This document shows positions 16,545 through 24,000 of a stretch of DNA of 24,000 nt, one piece after another. The notes under the pieces are model-generated. The model had not been told where the DNA came from. It searched no databases and saw nothing but the letters and a program-made list of their open reading frames with translations. The position numbers and the translations under genes were made by a program. The stretch's first letter is position 1, and each line of letters starts with the position of its first letter. The DNA comes from an uncultured delta proteobacterium (GTDB taxonomy: Bacteria; Desulfobacterota; Binatia; Binatales; Binataceae), in assembly GCA_963711565.1 (NCBI GenBank), contig CAVQEQ010000003.1:1335629-1359628 (forward strand), given 5' to 3'.

Positions 16545-17197
16545 CACGTAATCCGCTTGATACCAGAAACCGTCCCCGCCTTCTGGATCGCACGGCCATA
16601 CTGAAGCCGCCACTGATAGGCGTTCGAGATGGTCATGTAACCCTGCTCAGGTTTCTCACGGAGGAGCTGGTCCGCTATCTTTCCGGCTTCGATGTCGTCG
16701 ATGAGAAGATTCTTGTCCAGCATGAACGCAATCAAGTCTTCCGCATTCCCGTCACGCTCGATGATCTCGCGCAATCCGCGCGTCATCTGGTAGTCGCCGG
16801 TGCGCTCTTTTTCGATGAAGATCGTGTGCCGAATGTTGAGTCGTGCGGTTTTACGCGCACGATTGTCAGACTTCTCGTAAACAAAGACAATCAGGTTATA
16901 CCCGAGGCCGTATATCTTCTGCCGCGGATCCTTGAAGGGGCTGGAAGACTGCGGCTGCTTGATGCTCGTCACCTTAATATCGACATTGATGCTCGGAATA
17001 TCTATCCCCGATGCTGAGTTGCCACCCACGAAGGAGTATTTGTCCATCAGGTGCGCGACGAACTTATGCTCAAGGTAGGTCCCTACTGTCTTTCCGTTAT
17101 CGATCCCGAAAAGCGACGGCTCATTGTGGCTGCTCTCCGCCACTGCAAATAGGGCCGCTTCCGCAAGGAGGATATCGATCGTCAAGGCGGTGTTCAT
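16544..17197 (-). CDS. Putative type II restriction endonuclease, PD-(D/E)XK-like
   Basis: Directly upstream of and coupled to the methyltransferase; VGTYLEHKFVAHLMDKY...GGNSASGIDIPSINVDIKVTSI fits an E...D...DxK nuclease core. Confidence 0.72.
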   Translation of the reverse strand: MNTALTIDILLAEAALFAVAESSHNEPSLFGIDNGKTVGTYLEHKFVAHLMDKYSFVGGNSASGIDIPSINVDIKVTSIKQPQSSSPFKDPRQKIYGLGYNLIVFVYEKSDNRARKTARLNIRHTIFIEKERTGDYQMTRGLREIIERDGNAEDLIAFMLDKNLLIDDIEAGKIADQLLREKPEQGYMTISNAYQWRLQYGRAIQKAGTVSGIKRIT

Positions 17198-17319
17198 CGC
17201 TGCCGCCGCTTATTTGCCGTTCATAATCGCTCAAGTCCGCCTGGGGACCTGTCTCTGTCCTGTCAGCAAAAGCATATTCTTGCCCCAATTTGGACACTAC
17301 TAGCCGTGACGATCGATTG

Positions 17320-18132
17320 TTACCCAGCTATCGGGTGCGACTTTACGAACGGCACGAATATTTTCAGAAATTCTTCGCGCGCATCCATGAACGCGTGTCC
17401 GACGTCGGGGATGATGTGCAATTTAGCACCCGGTATCTGCGACGCGATTATTTCCGAGTTCTTCGCCGGGATTAGCACGTCCTCGGCACCGGTCACGACC
17501 AGGGTCGGCGCCTTGATTTGCGGCAGGCGCTCGTAGGTCTTCAGCGTGTAGGTCGCTTCGAGCTGGCGTTGGAACGCGTACGGCGGGGTCGGATACTCGA
17601 GCAGGCGCGGAATCGCGGCCTCGAGCACATTGCGATGCTCGGCGATGTACTTCGGCGTATGCCCGAGCGGCCATCCGCGCCGAATCACCTCTTCGGGAGA
17701 AACACCTTCGCGCGGCGCGGTCAGAATTTTCAACGATTCAGGCGGCGGCGGCACGCCATGGGTCCCGCCAGCCGTGGTGCATCCGAGCGTAAGAGTCGCG
17801 GTACGCTTCGGGTGCCGCAGCGCAAACTCCTGCGCGATCATCCCGCCCATCGAGACGCCGAAGACATGTGCCCGTGGAATGTCGAGCTGGTCGAGCACGC
17901 CCGCCGCGTCATCGGCAAACATCTCGATCGAATACGGCGCGTCGGGCTTGTCGCTCTGACCGGTGCCGCGATTGTCGAACGTGATCACGCGAAACGTGCG
18001 CGAGAGATCGGTTACCAGCTCCGGATCCCACATCGCGGAGCTCGCGCCGAGGCCCATGATCATCAGGAGCGGCTCGCCATTGCCGGCCATGTCGTAGTTG
18101 AGTTTCACTCCGCCGACTTGAATCTTTGGCAT
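17320..18132 (-). CDS. Alpha/beta hydrolase
   Basis: MIMGLGASSAMWDP, FDNRGTGQSDKP, nucleophile elbow HVFGVSMGGMIAQEFAL, VTGAEDVLIP and PDVGHAF. Confidence 0.92.
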   Translation of the reverse strand: MPKIQVGGVKLNYDMAGNGEPLLMIMGLGASSAMWDPELVTDLSRTFRVITFDNRGTGQSDKPDAPYSIEMFADDAAGVLDQLDIPRAHVFGVSMGGMIAQEFALRHPKRTATLTLGCTTAGGTHGVPPPPESLKILTAPREGVSPEEVIRRGWPLGHTPKYIAEHRNVLEAAIPRLLEYPTPPYAFQRQLEATYTLKTYERLPQIKAPTLVVTGAEDVLIPAKNSEIIASQIPGAKLHIIPDVGHAFMDAREEFLKIFVPFVKSHPIAG

Positions 18133-18142
18133 TTCGATATCC

Positions 18143-18577
18143 TCACTTGTTAACGCAAAATCCTCGCTTCTTCATATACTCGACCGAGTTATCGGTCAGC
18201 GGCGACTCCGGCGTGGCGTCGGCCCGTAAGACCGAAGTATGTTGCGGATCGTAATAGCACATCAGCTTGATAGCCTGGCCCGCGGGAATTTGAAATTCGA
18301 TTGAATCGGGAAGATTGGGCGGTCCGTAGGAAGGCATCGGCATTGTCGCCTTCTGCTCCGCCGGCGGCGCTGCGGTCTCTCCTTCGTCCTGGCACATCTT
18401 GATCGCGTCGATGCGGCAACTGCCGGGCGCGGCCGGCGACATTTGCATGCTCGCCAGATTCATTCCCGGCGGTTGTTCCTCTTTGCTCGAGCACGACGCG
18501 GTACAAGTCGCGATCGCCACGAAAATCACCAGCGCCGCGATCCTCGCGATTCTCGACATGAACGGCTCCGTCATCAT
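18143..18577 (-). CDS. Small hypothetical lipoprotein
   Basis: N-terminal signal with lipobox-like TCTASCSSKEE; short secreted domain with conserved-looking cysteines. Confidence 0.65.
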   Translation of the reverse strand: MMTEPFMSRIARIAALVIFVAIATCTASCSSKEEQPPGMNLASMQMSPAAPGSCRIDAIKMCQDEGETAAPPAEQKATMPMPSYGPPNLPDSIEFQIPAGQAIKLMCYYDPQHTSVLRADATPESPLTDNSVEYMKKRGFCVNK

Positions 18578-18587
18578 CAGGACCCGC

Positions 18588-19898
18588 TCAGGCTGCCGTC
18601 AACGCGACCGCGTTCACGTCGCCGCGCGCTCGCACCTCATTTCCAGCCTTGCGGCATCGAAGGATCAGCTCGCTGCGCGCGATGTAAGCGATCTCCTCGA
18701 TCACGATTCCGTAGCGTGCGAGGATCTCGCGGAGCTGGTCCAGCGTGTAGTGGGTGATGTGCTGATCCTTGTACCCACCGGGCATCAGGAAGCCGTAAAT
18801 CGGTTCGATAATCCGCCAGCCAATCGTGGCGTAGTCGGGCGTGCCGAGGATAAGGGTGCCTCCGGCCCTGAGCACGCGATGCATCTCACTGAAAATCGAC
18901 TCGTCGTATCGAATGTGTTCGATGACCTGCGAACTCATCACGCAGTCGAACGAACCGTCCTTGAACGGCAGCGCGAAGGCCGACCCGTTGACCAGCGGTA
19001 TTTCGTAGCGGCGGAGAAAGCGCAGCTTTGCGTAGTTGAAATCCATGCCGACCACGTTGTTGAGGCTCTGCACGATCAGGCTCGAGCCGCATCCGGCGTC
19101 GAGTACGCGACCCGCGCCGCGCGCCCATAGCACGGTGATACGGTGGCGGCGGCGTTGCCAGTAGCGCTGCGGTGGAATCAGGCTGTAGAAGGCGCGTTCG
19201 TCGTAGTCGGCGGACATAAGCGAGTTGCGGATTTTCCACAGCGAGATCGAAGAACGGAAGATCTTCCAGCCAAAGCTGAACAGCTTCGCGTGCGAGCGTC
19301 CGGCGCCGCGGGGAAAATACGTGAACGGAACCTCCACGACGCTGAATCCGCTGGCGTAGGCTTTGACCAGGATTTCTTCCTGCACTTCGAAATTCGATGA
19401 CGTAAGTTTCTGCTCGGCGAACACTTCGCGCCGGTAGAGGCGATAGCCGCTGGACATGTCGAGCACCGGTATCGAGAGTATCCGCCGCAACATCTGGTTC
19501 AGAAACCAGCTAGTCGAGCGGCGGATGAAATCGGAATAAGCGACGCCGCCGAGGACGTAGCGCGACGCGACCACGATGTCGCCGTGCTTGCGCGCCCGCC
19601 ACATCTTGACGAAGAAATCGGGGTCGTGCGATTGATCGGCATCGAGCGTCAGTACGTAGTCGCCGCGCGCCTCTGCGATCCCGGTTTCCAACGCGCCCGC
19701 GTATCCGCGCTTGCGTTCGCCAACGACGCGCGCGCCGAGCGCCTCCGCCGTTTCGCGAGTGCCGTCGGTCGAAGGGCCGTCCACCACGACGATCTCATGG
19801 GTAAGCCGCTCGCGATCGAGCGCCTCGATGATCCTGGGGATCAGCACCCTCAGGTTCTCGGCCTCGTTCATTACCGGCAGAACAACGGAAACGTCCAT
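18588..19898 (-). CDS. Bifunctional fusion: GT2 glycosyltransferase (polyprenyl-phosphate mannosyltransferase-like) with C-terminal class I SAM methyltransferase
   Basis: N-terminal SVVLPVMNEAENL...LTLDADQSHDPDF...LDMSSGYRLYRREVF; C-terminal GRVLDAGCGSSLIVQSL...FALPFKDGSFDCVMSSQVIEHIRYDESIFSEMHRVLRAGGTLILGTPDY in one continuous frame. Confidence 0.9.
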   Translation of the reverse strand: MDVSVVLPVMNEAENLRVLIPRIIEALDRERLTHEIVVVDGPSTDGTRETAEALGARVVGERKRGYAGALETGIAEARGDYVLTLDADQSHDPDFFVKMWRARKHGDIVVASRYVLGGVAYSDFIRRSTSWFLNQMLRRILSIPVLDMSSGYRLYRREVFAEQKLTSSNFEVQEEILVKAYASGFSVVEVPFTYFPRGAGRSHAKLFSFGWKIFRSSISLWKIRNSLMSADYDERAFYSLIPPQRYWQRRRHRITVLWARGAGRVLDAGCGSSLIVQSLNNVVGMDFNYAKLRFLRRYEIPLVNGSAFALPFKDGSFDCVMSSQVIEHIRYDESIFSEMHRVLRAGGTLILGTPDYATIGWRIIEPIYGFLMPGGYKDQHITHYTLDQLREILARYGIVIEEIAYIARSELILRCRKAGNEVRARGDVNAVALTAA

Positions 19899-19985
19899 GC
19901 GGGCTCAGTTTCCTTTATGCTCGAAGAAAAGGGAATATGCGGAACGTCGCGCGCCGGGCGCTCGCGTAGTAATCTCTTGTGGCGG

Positions 19986-21239
19986 ATGAGGACGGGCGTG
20001 CGGAAAAAATCAATTTCAAAAATCATTGTGTTTGCGGCGATCGCTATGCTGACGGCGACCCCGTCCTTTGCGCGGGTCATCCACCGGCATCCTGTCCCGA
20101 CGAAGCTCGCGCCCGAAGAAACGCCCGCAGTACCGCTGTCCGCGATTCACGTGCTCGGAGATAGACCGGCGCCGTTCGCCCTCGACGCAAGGGCCGCCTG
20201 CATGATCGACGCCGACACCGGCGCGGTGCTGTACGCGTACAACGAGCACGAGAAGATGCAGCCCGCCAGCCTCGCCAAGATCATGACGTTCTACATCTCC
20301 CTCGATGCGCTGAAGGCCGGCAAGATCGCGCCGACTACCAACGTCACGATCAGCGAGAATGCCTGGCGGCTTTCGATGAACGACACCGTCTCGCGGATGT
20401 TTCTCGGTGTGGGGCAGAAGGTCGCCGTCAACGATCTGTTGTTCGGTCTGATGGTGTCGTCGGGCAATGATGCCGCCGTGGCGCTCGCCGAATATCTCGG
20501 CGGCAGCACCGACGCGTTCACGGGGATGATGAATGACAAGGCCAAGGAAATTGGGCTCAAGGAGAGTCACTTCAACAACCCCGACGGCTTGCCCGACGAA
20601 GGCGAGTTCACCACCGCGGCTGACATGGTCGCGCTGGCGCACTCGCTCGTAACTCATCATCCGGAAGCGATCAAATACACCTCGGCCAAGGAATTCACCT
20701 TCGACAAAATCTCGCAGCCCAATTTCAACCGGCTGCTGCTCCACGACGCGCGCGTGACCGGAATTAAAACCGGCCACGTTGACGAAGCGGGCTATCACCT
20801 GGTCGCGTCGGCGTCGTCCAACGGGATGAATCTGCTGTCGGCCGTGCTGGGCGCGCCGAACGAAACTAAACGCATGACGGAATCCGAAAAATTAATCGAC
20901 TGGGCGTTTCGCACTTTCGTCAGCTACCGGCCCGATCTGAAGAAGTCCGTACCCGCCGCGATACCCGTTCACGACGGCGTCGCCGAAACTGTCGCTATCG
21001 GACCCGACGGCGACGCGGCGTTTACGCTCGGGCGCGGCGAAGAGACCAAGGTGACGGTTCAATTCGAGCCCGCGGTGAGGTACCTGGAAGCGCCCGTTCA
21101 TCCAGGCGATTCGGTTGGAGATCTAACGGTCTTGCTCGCCGGCAAGCCGCAAGCGACGATTCCGATCGTAACCAAAGCTGGAGTGGCTCGCGCGGGATTC
21201 TTCGGCCGCCTCGGTCAGAAGTTCAGCCGCATGCTCTAA
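19986..21239 (+). CDS. D-alanyl-D-alanine carboxypeptidase, peptidase S11 (DacA-like)
   Basis: SLAK (SxxK), SGN, and IKTGHV (KTG) active-site motifs in order; N-terminal signal KIIVFAAIAMLTATPSFA. The track ORF start 19584 runs antisense to the GT2 gene; ATG 19986 is the plausible start. Confidence 0.92.
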   Translation: MRTGVRKKSISKIIVFAAIAMLTATPSFARVIHRHPVPTKLAPEETPAVPLSAIHVLGDRPAPFALDARAACMIDADTGAVLYAYNEHEKMQPASLAKIMTFYISLDALKAGKIAPTTNVTISENAWRLSMNDTVSRMFLGVGQKVAVNDLLFGLMVSSGNDAAVALAEYLGGSTDAFTGMMNDKAKEIGLKESHFNNPDGLPDEGEFTTAADMVALAHSLVTHHPEAIKYTSAKEFTFDKISQPNFNRLLLHDARVTGIKTGHVDEAGYHLVASASSNGMNLLSAVLGAPNETKRMTESEKLIDWAFRTFVSYRPDLKKSVPAAIPVHDGVAETVAIGPDGDAAFTLGRGEETKVTVQFEPAVRYLEAPVHPGDSVGDLTVLLAGKPQATIPIVTKAGVARAGFFGRLGQKFSRML

Positions 21240-21249
21240 CCGCGCCGCA

Positions 21250-24000
21250 CTACGATTTTAATTCTTCGAGGATCGCCTTCGCCTCGCGCAGATCGCTGGT
21301 ATCGAATCCCTCGGTGAATAGCGCGAACACCGGCGCCAGAGCTGCGCGAGCATCGTCGCGCCTGCCGGTCTTCACCAGCAGCCGCGCCAGGCTCGACGCC
21401 GCGCGCAGCCGCCATGAGTTCGCGCCCTGACGCACTGCAATCTCGATCGCACCGCGGAAGCATCGCTCGGCTTCGGCGGCGCCGTCGGGACGCAGCAGCA
21501 TCGCCTCGCCGCGGAGCCTGTGCACTTCAACCTCGAGCAGGCGATGGTCCTTTTGCTCGACCCGTCGCGCGATCTCGTCGAGCGCGCGCAGACATTCGTC
21601 CACTCGTTTCATCGTGAGATACACTTCCGCCAGCATGATGAAAGAGAACGTGTAGATCAGGTCGGCGCCGCTTGCGGCAAGTTCCTCCACTGCCTCTTTC
21701 AGCATCGCGAGGCCGGACATCATCGCCGCTTCATCGCCACGAAATTCGCCCTCGCCGGCGACCGTGCGCGCCAGGCACATCTTTCCGGCCGCCAGCCAAA
21801 ACGGCAGTCCATTTTCGCGCGACAGCTCGATCAAGGCCTCCGAACGGGGCCGCACCTCGTCGTACTCATGCCGGAAATGCATCAGCACGATCGCGTACAG
21901 GTTGGCAAACGCGACGCTGAAGGGACGGCGAAGCTGCACCGCCATTTCGTTTGCCTCGTCCATCCTGCGTTTCGCCTGGTCGGGGAATCCGGCCATATGC
22001 AGCGCCCACGCAAGATTGCAGCGTGACGGTGTGACCGGCGCCTGCATCATCCGCAGATAGCGCGGAAGATCGCCGTCGAAGCCTTTGGCGGCAATCTCCA
22101 GGTGTTCGCGCGCCGCGGGAAACTCGCCCATCCAGAGCTGCGAAGCCCCCATCGCGTTGTGCGCCACCGCCGACGCGAGATCGGATTCCATGCGCCACGC
22201 CAACACGAGCAATCGATCCGCCAACAGGCGGCTTTCGCGCAATTGTCCGTTGGCGTGATCGAAGCTCCACAGCGACGCCAGCACGCCGAAGATCTCTGGC
22301 GTCTCACCGGCGCGGCGGCAAAGTTCCTGCGCACGCTCGATATTGGTCGCCAGCTCCGCCGACGAAAATCCCTGGACCGCGACCAGCAGCGGCCCCATCA
22401 TCATCTGGATCTTCAGCTCGATCTGGTCGCGCTCCCGCGATTCCGGCATCGTCGCGATCAGCCGCAACGCCTCGCGCCCATACCCGATCGCGTCATTGTA
22501 GGCTGACCGCGCCCCGGCCTGCTCGGCCGCGCGGCGCAAATATTCGACCGCCTTGGGCGCGTTGGCGCTGCGGCTATAGTGATGAGCCAAATCAGCTACG
22601 TGATCGTCCAACGTCGCCGCGAAAATCTCCTCAAGCGCCGCCGCGGTGCGCTCGTGGATGACCCTGCGCCGCTGCATCAGCACCGAGTCGTAGGCGACCT
22701 CCTGCGTCAGCGCGTGCTTGAAGGTGTATTCGTTTTCGGGAAACGCCGGCTGTTCGTAGATGAACTCCGCCGCCTGCAGGTTCGACAACATTGGCGCAAG
22801 CGCGTCGTCAGGCTTGCCGACCACGCGCCGCACCAGGCCGATCGGAAATTCCTTGCCGATCACCGCCAGCGATTGCAGCAGGTCCTTGTCCACCGCCGCG
22901 AGCTTGTCGATTCGCGCGGCCAGGATTCCCTTGACCGTCAACGGTATCTCGATCGACGTGAGCGGCTTCGCAATCGACACCTTGCCGTCGCGGATCAGCA
23001 CGCCTTGGTCGAACAGCACCTGCACCATCTCTTCCATGAAAAATGGATTGCCCTGGGTGCGCTCGATGATCGTCGCCTTCAACGAATCGAGCGCGATGTC
23101 GTCGCCCAACATCGCCGACAGCAGCTCGGCCGCGTTGTCGGCTCCCAGCGGATCGAGCCGCATCTGCGTGTAGTAGGTTTTGTTGCCCCAGTTGTGGCGA
23201 TACTCGGGCCGATAGTTGACCATCATCAGAATTTGCGCGGTGCCGATCGAATCGGCGATCAGGTTCAGCAGCGCTTCGGACTCCGCGTTGACCCAGTGCA
23301 GGTCCTCGAAAATAAGAATCAGCGGCTGATTGAGGCTCTCGCGCACGATCAGGCTCTTGACCGCCTCGCGCGTGCGGCGGCGGCGGATCGAAGGATCCAT
23401 CTCGTCGAGCCGCGCGTCGCCCGACGGAATTCCCAGCAGCGCAAACAGATGCGGCAGCGTATCCTCCAGCGCGCGATCGAGCGCAATCACTTTACCGGTG
23501 ACCTTCTCGCGCCGCGTGCGTGCGTCGTCGCGATCGGCGATTCGAAAATAAGTCTTGAGCAGATCGACCACCGGCAGGTAGGCCGACGCTTTGCCGTGCG
23601 AGAACGAGAATGCTTCGAGCACCAGGCATTCAGCCTGCCGGCGCATCTTGAATTCGTAAAACAGGCGCGACTTGCCGACTCCGGCCTCGGCCATCGCCGC
23701 GACGATCTGCCCATGCCCATCGCGCGCCAGTTCGAGCGCCTTGTCGAGTTGCTCGAGCTCAGTGTGCCGTCCGACGAACTTCGACAGCCCGCGCGACGCC
23801 GACATCTGAAGGCGCGTCCGGAGCGGGCCGATCCCGATCACCTCATACACATTGATCGGATCGGTGACGCCCTTGATTCGCGCCGGGCCGAGCGGTTTCA
23901 GGTCGAAGTAGCCGGCCGTGAGTTTTTGCGTTTGCTCCGTGATGACGATCGAGCCGGTCGGCGCGAGGGTTTGCATACGCGCCGCCAGACTCATCGAATG
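21250..24000 (-). CDS. C-terminal part of a class III adenylate/guanylate cyclase-type regulator with AAA ATPase and TPR-like repeats (continues beyond window)
   Basis: At the window edge, LAARMQTLAPTGSIVITEQTQKLTAGYFDLKPLGPARIKGVTDPINVYEVIG is typical of the cyclase-domain end; then GREHTELEQL-like FVGRHTELEQLDKAL, AEAGVGKSRLFYEF (Walker A), LILIFEDLHWVN (Walker B), helical repeats. Confidence 0.85.
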   Translation of the reverse strand, partial: HSMSLAARMQTLAPTGSIVITEQTQKLTAGYFDLKPLGPARIKGVTDPINVYEVIGIGPLRTRLQMSASRGLSKFVGRHTELEQLDKALELARDGHGQIVAAMAEAGVGKSRLFYEFKMRRQAECLVLEAFSFSHGKASAYLPVVDLLKTYFRIADRDDARTRREKVTGKVIALDRALEDTLPHLFALLGIPSGDARLDEMDPSIRRRRTREAVKSLIVRESLNQPLILIFEDLHWVNAESEALLNLIADSIGTAQILMMVNYRPEYRHNWGNKTYYTQMRLDPLGADNAAELLSAMLGDDIALDSLKATIIERTQGNPFFMEEMVQVLFDQGVLIRDGKVSIAKPLTSIEIPLTVKGILAARIDKLAAVDKDLLQSLAVIGKEFPIGLVRRVVGKPDDALAPMLSNLQAAEFIYEQPAFPENEYTFKHALTQEVAYDSVLMQRRRVIHERTAAALEEIFAATLDDHVADLAHHYSRSANAPKAVEYLRRAAEQAGARSAYNDAIGYGREALRLIATMPESRERDQIELKIQMMMGPLLVAVQGFSSAELATNIERAQELCRRAGETPEIFGVLASLWSFDHANGQLRESRLLADRLLVLAWRMESDLASAVAHNAMGASQLWMGEFPAAREHLEIAAKGFDGDLPRYLRMMQAPVTPSRCNLAWALHMAGFPDQAKRRMDEANEMAVQLRRPFSVAFANLYAIVLMHFRHEYDEVRPRSEALIELSRENGLPFWLAAGKMCLARTVAGEGEFRGDEAAMMSGLAMLKEAVEELAASGADLIYTFSFIMLAEVYLTMKRVDECLRALDEIARRVEQKDHRLLEVEVHRLRGEAMLLRPDGAAEAERCFRGAIEIAVRQGANSWRLRAASSLARLLVKTGRRDDARAALAPVFALFTEGFDTSDLREAKAILEELKS

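Noticed and set aside
17518-18153. 211-aa plus-strand ORF
   Set aside because: Antisense to the alpha/beta hydrolase.
19584-19985. Long N-terminal extension of the D,D-carboxypeptidase ORF
   Set aside because: Overlaps the GT2-methyltransferase gene on the other strand; a normal signal peptide starts at ATG 19986.
1-24000. CRISPR array, tRNA/rRNA genes, or toxin-antitoxin/abortive-infection modules
   Set aside because: No regularly spaced direct repeats or recognisable tRNA/rRNA segments seen by eye. Apart from the RM pair and the transposase unit, no defence-type domains were recognised; tRNAscan, Infernal and DefenseFinder would be decisive.

Overview
High-GC bacterial chromosomal window, mostly housekeeping or metabolic genes. 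Clear calls: M20 peptidase, FIST-domain protein, SAM methyltransferase, acyl-CoA dehydrogenase, TetR regulator with ferritin-like protein, GNAT, ViaA/CoxE-like VWA protein, HrcA, ATP-dependent DNA ligase, alpha/beta hydrolase, a GT2-methyltransferase fusion, D,D-carboxypeptidase, and a cyclase-type AAA/TPR protein running off the right edge. Accessory content: (1) a compact two-gene type II restriction-modification-like pair (15036-17197, minus strand) in lower-GC DNA; (2) an IS200-like/REP-associated tyrosine transposase (9028-9492) bracketed by near-identical REP-like hairpins, one preceded by GTAG overlapping the stop codon; (3) a 188-bp MITE-like element with perfect 32-bp inverted arms (5582-5769) beside an N-terminal remnant of an MFS_2/MelB-type transporter; (4) a dense cluster of nested hairpins in the 3131-3343 intergenic region. 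I see no CRISPR array, tRNA, rRNA or clearly novel multi-gene defence system. The best leads are the restriction pair of unassigned specificity, the REP/transposase unit and the GT2-methyltransferase fusion. All motif calls were made by eye; no searches were run.
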